Assembly: GCA_023228985.1 (NCBI GenBank)
Contig: JALOAC010000007.1
Location: 22,254 to 86,253, forward strand
Direction of reading: 5' to 3'
From: Thiopseudomonas sp.
Lineage (GTDB): Bacteria; Pseudomonadota; Gammaproteobacteria; Pseudomonadales; Pseudomonadaceae
Length of the DNA: 64,000 nt
The translations under genes and the position numbers were made by a program. This document shows positions 56,123-64,000 of the stretch, piece after piece (within the stretch, counting starts at the first letter, position 1; each line of letters starts with the position of its first letter). The notes under the pieces are model-generated. The model searched no databases. It was not told the origin of the DNA and worked only from the letters and a program-made list of their open reading frames with translations.

Positions 56123-57730
56123 ATGCGTGAGAGCCTTTACAGAAGATTCAATGCCATTCGAAAGTCAGGCTACGTTCGGGCGTATGCGGTCGAATGGTTT
56201 TTATTAATAGCAGGATTGGCAATATTCGGTGTTTTTATTTTTTTTACGCTAATAGCTGAGTACAGTGCCACAACAGAGCGTGAAAAAAGCCAGTTAAAGA
56301 CACAGGTTAAAATTGTTCAAGGGACAATTACCGAACAGCTAACTTCCATACGTAATGCACAAGTCAATGTTCGTAATGAAATTATAGACGGCCAAGTTCA
56401 TCAGGAAGAACGTGGTATGTATGTACGTAAGCGGTTGCAGGGCTTTGCTGAAAGTATCTCCAGTGTTTGGTTAATGATGGTGCTGGATAAACAAGGCGCT
56501 GTTATCGAAGCGAGTGAACCGTGGCTCTTGGGCAGAAACTTCGGTGAGCATGAGTATTTTCAAAGTGCCAAGCGTGAGCCTGATTTAGATAAGTTTTATA
56601 TTAGCCCGCCATTTAAAAATGAAATTAATGCGTTGACTATTGCAGTGTCGACAATGCTGCCGGATCTGGAAGGGCGGTTTAATGGTGTCATTGTTACCAT
56701 TCTTGACCCACAAACAATAATTGAGCTGTTGGGGTCGGTACTTTATGCCGAAGATGCAAGAGCCTCTGTTGCCTATGGAGAGGGACTGCTTTTTTTGTTG
56801 GTTCCTGAACGCAAGGGCGGGCTTGGTCTTGAGTCCAGCGTGTTAGAACCTATTTACTCTAAGCATTTGAACACAGGTGAATTGTTGACTGTGCAGGAGG
56901 CGAGGTTTGCCACGGAAAGTGAGCAGCGCATGATAGCGCTGCATACCGTTAATCCGCCCGAGCTGTATATGGATATGGGGCTGCTAGTTGGCGTAAGTAG
57001 GGATGTGCAGGTGCTCTATAGTTATCGCTACAATGATGCTTATCTGAATGTTGGACTTTATGCCACGCTAATTATTATTAGTATTCCAGGGTTGTTTTTA
57101 TCTCAGCGTCGGCGCAATCTTATTCGGCTAGTAGCGGCGAAGGCCGTGCAGGATATACATGAAAAAAACCTTGAACTTGAACAGTTAAATCAGCAACTGC
57201 AAGATAAAAGTGAGTATCTACGCTCACTAGCTTTTGTTGATGGTTTGACGCAGGTTGCCAACAGAAGACGCTTTGACCGTGTGCTTAGTGCTATATGGAC
57301 GCGTTATACACGTGATAATTTGCCCTTAAGTCTGCTGATGATTGATCTGGATTTTTTCAAACAATATAACGATTTTTACGGGCATCAGAAGGGTGACGAG
57401 TGCTTGCAAGTCATAGCCAGCACCTTAAGACGAGAGCTGCCTCGCTCGCAAGATTTAGTGGCGCGTTATGGCGGTGAAGAGTTTGTGTGCTTGTTACCCA
57501 ATACAGATTTGCAAGAAGCGCAGGACATTGCTCGGAGGCTAAGCGATGCGGTTGCGCAATTGGAACTTGCTCATGAGCAATCAACAGTTTCTAACATGGT
57601 TACTATTAGTATTGGCATTGCTACGCTGATACCGACTCTGGATATGGATAAACAAGCCTTGTTGCAAGCAGCAGACAAAGCCCTGTATGCTGCCAAACAA
57701 TCAGGGCGCAACAGATTTTGTTGCGCATAG
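56123..57730 (+). CDS. Membrane diguanylate cyclase with periplasmic Cache-like sensor
   Basis: Two TMs flanking a sensor domain, coiled coil, DGLT, DLDFFKQYND, I-site RSQD and active site RYGGEEF. The start is uncertain (56105/56123). Confidence 0.88.
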   Translation: MRESLYRRFNAIRKSGYVRAYAVEWFLLIAGLAIFGVFIFFTLIAEYSATTEREKSQLKTQVKIVQGTITEQLTSIRNAQVNVRNEIIDGQVHQEERGMYVRKRLQGFAESISSVWLMMVLDKQGAVIEASEPWLLGRNFGEHEYFQSAKREPDLDKFYISPPFKNEINALTIAVSTMLPDLEGRFNGVIVTILDPQTIIELLGSVLYAEDARASVAYGEGLLFLLVPERKGGLGLESSVLEPIYSKHLNTGELLTVQEARFATESEQRMIALHTVNPPELYMDMGLLVGVSRDVQVLYSYRYNDAYLNVGLYATLIIISIPGLFLSQRRRNLIRLVAAKAVQDIHEKNLELEQLNQQLQDKSEYLRSLAFVDGLTQVANRRRFDRVLSAIWTRYTRDNLPLSLLMIDLDFFKQYNDFYGHQKGDECLQVIASTLRRELPRSQDLVARYGGEEFVCLLPNTDLQEAQDIARRLSDAVAQLELAHEQSTVSNMVTISIGIATLIPTLDMDKQALLQAADKALYAAKQSGRNRFCCA

Positions 57731-57748
57731 GTTTATAGGACAAATGAC

Positions 57749-57955
57749 ATGCCATATGTAAATATTAAAATCACCGATGAAGGTGTCACTAAGGAGCAAA
57801 AAGCTGCGCTTATCAAAGGCGTAACTGAGCTTTTGCAAACAGTGCTCAATAAAAATCCAGCGACTACAGTGGTAGTGATCGATGAGGTCAATACGGATAA
57901 CTGGGGTATCAAAGGAGAGCAGGTGACAGAATTGCGCAAACAAGACACCCGCTAA
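57749..57955 (+). CDS. 4-oxalocrotonate tautomerase family protein
   Basis: 68 aa; N-terminal Pro (MPYVNIKI) and VVIDEV...WGIKG. Confidence 0.9.
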   Translation: MPYVNIKITDEGVTKEQKAALIKGVTELLQTVLNKNPATTVVVIDEVNTDNWGIKGEQVTELRKQDTR

Positions 57956-57968
57956 AGAATTGGTACAT

Positions 57969-57996
57969 AAAAAAGCCGCTGTTTAGCGGCTTTTTT
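57969..57996. terminator. Bidirectional intrinsic terminator
   Basis: AAAAAAGCCGCT-GTTT-AGCGGCTTTTTT between convergent genes. Confidence 0.88.
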
Positions 57997-58010
57997 AATG
58001 AGGGAGTGTG

Positions 58011-58922
58011 TTATTTTGCAACAGGTTTAATAACCAATAAATCACATTCTGAGCTTTCTAAAACACGCTCTGCTGTATTGCCAATCAGCGCATTTTCAAT
58101 ATTGCCGCGTGAAATAGCGCCCATCACGAGTAAGTCAATATGTTCGTTTTTGACAAATTGCGGGATCGCTTCTTCAGTAACACCTCTTAGCAAGTACTGT
58201 TGCTCATTCTTAATATCATGCTGTTTTAGCAAATCACTAAAGGCTTGTTTGTGGCGCAACTCTGTACCTTCTAAATAGGAATCATAAGAAACCACTAGCT
58301 CAGCTTCAAAAACCAAGGATCTTGGCAGCGGGTTGTAGCTGTGCACAAAGTACGTCTGCATGTTGAGCTGCTCGCCCAAGAAATTAGCTGCTTTAATCAG
58401 GCTGTGATCCAGTGATGCAGGCTTGTCTGCTGAGTGTACGGGATCCAGCGCTGTAGCAATATTTTTAGGATTCCATGCACCGTCACGAACTAACCAAAGC
58501 GGAACCGGACAAAAACGAATTAACTGCCAGCTGGTGTTGTTAAATAACAGGCGATGCAGCGTGCCATGGGTAGTTGCATTGCGTAGTAACAGATCCGGCT
58601 TAAGTTCTTCTACATGCTTAAGGATTTCCGCGTACAGCGGTTTACCCCAGCGGGCTTTGGTGGTTACCTCAATGCCTTGCTCACGCAATGGAGCAGCGAG
58701 CGTATCCAACCAGTCAAGACGCTCGGCAAGTAAGGCCGTGCGCGCTCTTTTCTGGGCATCTTTATCGCTAAAAAAGCCATCTTCTAAGGCTTGGTTGTGA
58801 TCGCAAATAAGTAGCTCAACAGCGGCTTTTGTCTGAGAAGCTAGCCAAGCGGCACGCTCGAGTGAAGGTTGTGAGTTTTTAGCAGTGGGATCAATCACCA
58901 CTAATAATTGTTTTAGCTGCAT
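58011..58922 (-). CDS. Tandem-domain universal stress protein (UspE-like)
   Basis: 303 aa; LLVVIDP, LIRFCPVPLWLV and LLVMGAISR...IGNTAERVL...CDLLVIKP. Confidence 0.9.
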   Translation of the reverse strand: MQLKQLLVVIDPTAKNSQPSLERAAWLASQTKAAVELLICDHNQALEDGFFSDKDAQKRARTALLAERLDWLDTLAAPLREQGIEVTTKARWGKPLYAEILKHVEELKPDLLLRNATTHGTLHRLLFNNTSWQLIRFCPVPLWLVRDGAWNPKNIATALDPVHSADKPASLDHSLIKAANFLGEQLNMQTYFVHSYNPLPRSLVFEAELVVSYDSYLEGTELRHKQAFSDLLKQHDIKNEQQYLLRGVTEEAIPQFVKNEHIDLLVMGAISRGNIENALIGNTAERVLESSECDLLVIKPVAK

Positions 58923-59003
58923 GTCTACTCCTGATATTGCTAATGACTGCTTGGGTCTGCACAGATGACTTTCGGCAAACAGGCAGTGTTTGTCAATGGC
59001 CTA

Positions 59004-59017
59004 TTCATAGCTATCAA
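59004..59017. promoter_or_regulatory. Candidate Anr/FNR box upstream of the UspE-like gene
   Basis: TTCAT-AGCT-ATCAA, one mismatch to TTGAT-N4-ATCAA; TTGACA on the minus strand at 58996-58991. Confidence 0.45.
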
Positions 59018-59117
59018 ATTTGATTAAGCCTATAATTAATCACGTAATTAAGTATGCGGCTAGAAAACATCTCTGTCGAGTTTTTAAACAGTGAAAAGAG
59101 ATTGGTAAAGCTGTTAG

Positions 59118-59960
59118 TTGAGGTGGCTCGTGAAAGAGCGTGCACAAAATTTATTAAAAACTATTGAGTCAGATATTCTAAGCAACCGCTTAATTTTACC
59201 CTCATTGCCGGAGGTGGCGATACGGGTGCGAGAGTTGGCCGCAGATCCTAATTGCTCGGTAACTGTGTTGGAACGTGAGGTGGCCAAGGATGCCGCTATA
59301 GCAGCGCGCTTAATCAAAGTGGCTAACAGTTCGGCCTTGCAGCGCGGTCGGCCGGTCACAGCACTAAAACAAGCAATAATGGGTTTGGGGTTTAATTTGG
59401 TACGCTCGTTGGTAACTCAGCTGGCTATTTTACAAACCATGCGTGGCAGTAAAGACACTTCGCGTTTACAAGGCTTTGTGGCCAGTGGTTTACATATTAG
59501 TACGCTGTGTCACAGCTTAGCTGCACGGCACTCACATCTAGATGCAGAGCTTGCCGCATTAGGTGGCCTGTTACACGATATCGGTAAATTACCTTTGCGT
59601 GATTTCTTGCTACAACAAGAAGAACTTACCAAGCTAGAGCGCTTGCAGTTTGAGCTGATTTTGCACCCCTATGTGGGTGCGATGCTGCTAAAGCATTGGG
59701 GTATGGCCGGTGAGTTGGTGCAAATGGCGCGTTGGCATGAGGCGGTGTTGCGTGAGACAGGTAAGCCAGAGCCTGATTATGTGGATGTAGTGATTGCGGC
59801 GAACTTATTGCATTACGGTACACAAAAAGGCCGTTATAAAAAATACGCTGATATGACGGTGCCGGCATTATCCAAATGCACCGGTACTAGTCTAGGAGTG
59901 TTGAGTGCGGAGCATACAGAGCAAAGGATGCAACTCAGCCAGGCGTTAGCCAGCGCTTAA
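59118..59960 (+). CDS. Stand-alone HDOD domain protein
   Basis: LPSLPEVA, DAAIAARLIKVANS and GLLHDIGK. The start may be GTG 59130. Confidence 0.88.
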   Translation: MRWLVKERAQNLLKTIESDILSNRLILPSLPEVAIRVRELAADPNCSVTVLEREVAKDAAIAARLIKVANSSALQRGRPVTALKQAIMGLGFNLVRSLVTQLAILQTMRGSKDTSRLQGFVASGLHISTLCHSLAARHSHLDAELAALGGLLHDIGKLPLRDFLLQQEELTKLERLQFELILHPYVGAMLLKHWGMAGELVQMARWHEAVLRETGKPEPDYVDVVIAANLLHYGTQKGRYKKYADMTVPALSKCTGTSLGVLSAEHTEQRMQLSQALASA

Positions 59961-59984
59961 TCTCATCATTTAACCGAAGGGTTG

Positions 59985-62486
59985 TTAGAGGCTTCTGAGT
60001 ATGCGTAACGGGCTGCTCTTTAAAACTTTTCGAGTTCCTACCAGTCCAGCAATATTAATCAATACCGCACCCAGTAATGGCAGTAATAATAACCACAGGT
60101 GTGGCTGCCAGCTGAGTTTAAATACATAGGTGTACAGCAAAAAGCTGGTTAGCTCGCAGCCCAGCCAAGCCAACACGCCACTGGCCAGTCCAAGGGTGGA
60201 AAACTCATACAAGTTTACCTTGAGCAGCAGTTGTCTTTGTGTGCCTAGCGCACGCAGTAAGGCACCTTGGAGGATGCGGCTGGCAAGTGTGCTCTGTACC
60301 CCAGCCAGCAATACTGTTATGCCAGCAGCCAAGACAAATAACAGAATAAATTCTACCGCTAAGGTCACCTGAGCTAAAATTGCACGCAACTGACCCAGTA
60401 ACGCCTCAATTCGCAACAGACTGACGGCAGGGAAGTTCTGGTTAAGTTGGCGCAGTTCGGTGCTTTTTTCTGGTGCCAGATAAAAACTAGTAATCCATGT
60501 GTAAGGTAGATTGCCAAGTCGTTCAGGTGAAAAAATAACAAAGAAGTTGGGTTGCATGCTACCCCAATCAACAGAGCGAAAATTACTTACCCGGCTGCTA
60601 ATGACTTGCCCGCCTAGGTTGAAAGTTACGGTATCGCCAAGCTGCAAATTAAGACGCTTAGCCAGTTCTTGCTCCACGGAAATCTCGATCAAATCGCTAG
60701 GGCTTGTGGTTGACCACCACTGTCCATCCGTAACCTGATTGTCTTTGGGAACTTGCTCTGTCCACGTTAGGTTAAGGTCACGTTGCACTGTGGTTAGTGC
60801 TGGAGAGTCGGGAGCTAAGCGTTGTAATACAGGCTGATCATTAATATGAGTAAGCCGCCCTGGAGTCATAGGGTAGAACTCGGCAATTTGTGGGCTGACT
60901 AACTGGAGTTGGCGTGCAAGCTCTGGTTTTTCATGGGGCATGATATTAAACGCAAAATGATTGGCCGCCTGTTCGGGAAGCTGTTGTTGCCAGTTATCCA
61001 GCAGTTCAGAGCGTAAAAGCACTACTAGGGCCATAGCGAAAATAATCAAAGCAAATGCCAGGATTTGACCAGCTGCTAATAGAGGCTTGCGTAGTAAGTG
61101 CCCTAAACCTAAACGCCAAGCGAGGTTACGTTGGGCTAAAACTGAGGTTAAACGTTTCAGCAGTAGCAAAATACCAGCACCTAAAATTAAAGCAAAAACG
61201 AGGCCGCCGAATAAAATAATCAACGTAAGGCGCAAGTCAAGACTCAAGCGCCACATAATTAGTGCTAGAGCGGCTATTGCGAGTGCGTAAATCAACCAAG
61301 CTGCAGTGGGCATGGGCTGTAAGTCGCGGCGCAGCACCCGGAGTGGCGATACCTGACCTAGCGCGATCAGTGGTGGTAAACCAAAGCCAAAGAGGCTGAT
61401 GAGTCCGGTCAAAAGGGCCGTTAAGCTGGCTTGTGCACTGGCTGGTGGAATATCTTCGGGAAGCAGGTCAGCCAGCAGGCCAAATAGAGTCTGCTGGCCA
61501 AGCCAACCCAGCGCGATACCGACTAGACTGGCAATCAAGCCCAGTAATAACAGCTGCAGGGTAAATAACAGTAGAGTTTGCTGGCGCGATAAGCCAAAAC
61601 AGCGCAGCAAAGCCGCATGGTCATAGCGTTTATTGGCAAAATTACTGGCCGACAAGGCGATACTGACACTGGCCAGCAAAATAGCCGCCAGACTGGCGAG
61701 GTTTAAGTACTGCTGAGCACGCTCCAAAGCATTGTTAAGTTGCGGATTACCGTCACTAAGTTGTTCTATCTTTTGTTGGGGTGCCAATTGTGACTCTATA
61801 ACTTTGCTGTAACGTGCTAAAGCTTGTGCGTCACCGCGCCAAAGTTGGCGGTAATGAATGCGGCTGCCGGGTTGAATCGCTTGAGTGGCGGATAAATCCG
61901 CGATATTCATAATGACTCTAGGTGTAAATGCTGAAAAACCACCAGCACTGTCGGGCTCGTACGTCAGCACATGACTGGCAATTAACTCAGCGGCACCTAT
62001 TTCTAGCGTATCGCCGGGTTGAATGCTGAGCAGGTTAAACAGTTGCACATCAAGCCAAACCTCACCGGGAGACGGTTGGCCGCCGCTGTGCTCCATACCG
62101 CCCAGCCGGGTGCTGGATTTTAATGCGCCACGCAGTGGGTAGTGCTCATTGACGGCTTTAATGCTCGCCAAGTGCATGCCCTCTTTACTGCTGAGCATAG
62201 TGGCAAAGCTTACTGTTTGTGCCGTCTCTAATCCGAGCGCTAAACCCTGCTCGATGAGGCTTTCACTGCTAATAATGCTGCCACTGACCACCAAGTCCGC
62301 GGCTAAAAACTCACTGGCTCTGAGCTGCATGGCTTGATGTAGGCGATCAGCAAAATGGGCGATGGTGCTGCTGCTAGCAACGGCGACCACTAAAGCAAAA
62401 AATAAGGTGTACAGCTCGGGGGAGCGCACCTCACGCAGACTTTGTTTGATGGCGAGATTGAAGATGGTCAAGAAGCGTATTTTCAT
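59985..62486 (-). CDS. ybbP: ABC transporter permease YbbP (FtsX-like)
   Basis: 833 aa; duplicated FtsX-like halves; ALLRCFG, RSVDWGSMQPNFFVIF and LLRALG. Confidence 0.85.
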   Translation of the reverse strand: MKIRFLTIFNLAIKQSLREVRSPELYTLFFALVVAVASSSTIAHFADRLHQAMQLRASEFLAADLVVSGSIISSESLIEQGLALGLETAQTVSFATMLSSKEGMHLASIKAVNEHYPLRGALKSSTRLGGMEHSGGQPSPGEVWLDVQLFNLLSIQPGDTLEIGAAELIASHVLTYEPDSAGGFSAFTPRVIMNIADLSATQAIQPGSRIHYRQLWRGDAQALARYSKVIESQLAPQQKIEQLSDGNPQLNNALERAQQYLNLASLAAILLASVSIALSASNFANKRYDHAALLRCFGLSRQQTLLLFTLQLLLLGLIASLVGIALGWLGQQTLFGLLADLLPEDIPPASAQASLTALLTGLISLFGFGLPPLIALGQVSPLRVLRRDLQPMPTAAWLIYALAIAALALIMWRLSLDLRLTLIILFGGLVFALILGAGILLLLKRLTSVLAQRNLAWRLGLGHLLRKPLLAAGQILAFALIIFAMALVVLLRSELLDNWQQQLPEQAANHFAFNIMPHEKPELARQLQLVSPQIAEFYPMTPGRLTHINDQPVLQRLAPDSPALTTVQRDLNLTWTEQVPKDNQVTDGQWWSTTSPSDLIEISVEQELAKRLNLQLGDTVTFNLGGQVISSRVSNFRSVDWGSMQPNFFVIFSPERLGNLPYTWITSFYLAPEKSTELRQLNQNFPAVSLLRIEALLGQLRAILAQVTLAVEFILLFVLAAGITVLLAGVQSTLASRILQGALLRALGTQRQLLLKVNLYEFSTLGLASGVLAWLGCELTSFLLYTYVFKLSWQPHLWLLLLPLLGAVLINIAGLVGTRKVLKSSPLRILRSL

Positions 62487-63160
62487 GCGTTGTCTACCAG
62501 ACGGCCACCCTCAAGTTTAATTTGCCGCGCACAACGCTGCGCCAAGCGCTCATCATGGGTAACCAGCACCAGTGTGGTGCCCTGAGCTTGGTTTAATTCA
62601 AACAGCAGCTCAGTAATAACTTCACCGGTTTGACTGTCTAAATTACCGGTAGGCTCATCTGCAAAAAGGATTTTTGGCTCAGCAGCAAAGGCGCGGGCAA
62701 TAGCGACGCGCTGTTGTTCACCGCCGGACAGCTGGCGGGGATAGTGGTTTATGCGCGTATCTAGGCCGACCTGTTGTAATAAGCGTGTAGCTTGTTGGCA
62801 CGCCTGCTTGTGGTTTTTAAGTTCCAGCGGCAGCATCACGTTTTCTAAAGCGCTAAGGCTGTCTAACAGCTGAAAGGATTGGAATACAAAACCTACGTAT
62901 TCGGCACGCACCAGAGCACGCTGGTCTTCATCAAGCTCGGTAAGTGATTTGCCGGCCAGATAAACTTTGCCGCTGCTTGGTAAATCAAGCCCGGCTAATA
63001 AACCTAATAAAGTGGATTTGCCCGAGCCAGAACGGCCAACAATGGCTAAACTATCGCCTTGTTTAAGGGTTAATGACAATTCCTGCAAAATAGTCAGGGG
63101 TTGTCCGCCGACCAAAACAGTCTTGCTAAGATTTTCTGCGTGCAAAATAGATTCTGACAT
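62483..63160 (-). CDS. ybbA: ABC transporter ATP-binding protein YbbA
   Basis: Walker [24 protein letters not shown] and [10 protein letters not shown]. Confidence 0.9.
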   Translation of the reverse strand: MSESILHAENLSKTVLVGGQPLTILQELSLTLKQGDSLAIVGRSGSGKSTLLGLLAGLDLPSSGKVYLAGKSLTELDEDQRALVRAEYVGFVFQSFQLLDSLSALENVMLPLELKNHKQACQQATRLLQQVGLDTRINHYPRQLSGGEQQRVAIARAFAAEPKILFADEPTGNLDSQTGEVITELLFELNQAQGTTLVLVTHDERLAQRCARQIKLEGGRLVDNA

Positions 63161-63170
63161 GAGGTTCCTG

Positions 63171-63791
63171 ATGCGTAAGTTTTCCTTACTGGTTTTTACT
63201 TGGTTGCTGTTTTGGGCTGTGCCGAGTGTTTATGGACAAACGCTGTTAGTGGTTGGTGACAGTATTAGCGCAGCCTACGGCCTTGAAATGGAGCGTGGCT
63301 GGGTAGCTTTATTACAGCAGCGCTTAACAGAGCGTGGGTTATCTTATCAGGTTGTTAACGCTTCTATAAGTGGTGATACCAGCGCAGGTGGACGTAATCG
63401 CTTACCGGCATTGCTGAAGCAGCATCAACCTAGTTTGGTAGTGATTGAGTTGGGCGGCAATGATGGACTGCGCGGTTTGCCGCTGGCCAATCTGCAGGAC
63501 AACCTTCGCGCTATGGTGCAGCTCGCTAAACAACAGGAGGCACAGGTTATACTGCTAGGTATGCGCATCCCGCCTAATTACGGAGCCCGTTACACCGAGG
63601 GGTTTTATCAGGTCTTCCAGCACGTTGCTGAGCTAGAGTCGGTACTTGTGGTGGATTTTTTCCTCGAGGGTGTGGGGGGCGTGCCGGGCATGGTTCAAGC
63701 CGATGGCATTCACCCGACTGAGCAAGCGCAAGCTATTTTGCTGGACAATGCTTGGCGAATCCTAGAGAAGGCGATCGATCTGGTGCGCTAG
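63171..63791 (+). CDS. tesA: SGNH arylesterase/acyl-CoA thioesterase I
   Basis: Signal peptide; GDSISA, NASISGDT, ELGGNDGLRG and DGIHP; divergent from ybbA (alternative ATG 63159). Confidence 0.92.
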   Translation: MRKFSLLVFTWLLFWAVPSVYGQTLLVVGDSISAAYGLEMERGWVALLQQRLTERGLSYQVVNASISGDTSAGGRNRLPALLKQHQPSLVVIELGGNDGLRGLPLANLQDNLRAMVQLAKQQEAQVILLGMRIPPNYGARYTEGFYQVFQHVAELESVLVVDFFLEGVGGVPGMVQADGIHPTEQAQAILLDNAWRILEKAIDLVR

Positions 63792-64000
63792 AGGCTATTT
63801 TTGTTTAGAGGCGCTAACTAGGGTGAGTAGAGGGTATTTAGCTTGCAATACTAGTTGTACTTTGGCGGCTGTTTTGTTGTTTAACTTTAAGGTAATGTAG
63901 CGCAGCTAAAATTATTGTTTGAGAACAGTTGTTTTTTATTTTTAAGGGCTAGTCTGTGGTGAGAATTTTACAAGTAGTAACTCAAGTAACGCTTGGTATG

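Noticed and set aside
62967-63173. Head-to-head overlap of tesA and ybbA
   Set aside because: The divergent tesA/ybbA arrangement is known from E. coli. The long upstream extension of the tesA ORF is probably not translated.

Overview
A largely core chromosomal segment from a Pseudomonadaceae-like gammaproteobacterium with moderate GC. The gene order is Pseudomonas-type; Thiopseudomonas/Denitrificimonas is an inference, not verified. In order it contains: the 3' end of a TsdA-like cytochrome; the proA-nadD-rsfS-rlmH-mrdA-rodA-mltB-rlpA-dac-ybeD-lipB-lipA cluster; psrA-LDT-nagZ-MTI phosphorylase; a PPTase, cysB, speE, SCP2, sohB, yhdH and fabAB; the gpsA-sixA region; MoxR-DUF58-transglutaminase; an ArsR-controlled RND/DUF2892/TolC/MFS module whose tolC has one in-frame TGA; tusDCBE; fadBA; topA; and tesA/ybbAP. 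Accessory DNA is concentrated around topA. Upstream lie a parDE toxin-antitoxin pair with integron-cassette boundary signatures and a 1.2-kb non-autonomous IS200/IS605 element. Its ends, TAM (TTAT) and guide can be read from the sequence, and its compact TnpB has a rearranged RuvC-II site. Downstream lie a Dam-family methyltransferase and a translationally coupled, uncharacterised PD-(D/E)xK nuclease-like protein. Three matching PsrA-like operators are visible. No rRNA, tRNA or CRISPR array was seen. All family assignments come from motif recognition by eye; no searches were run.
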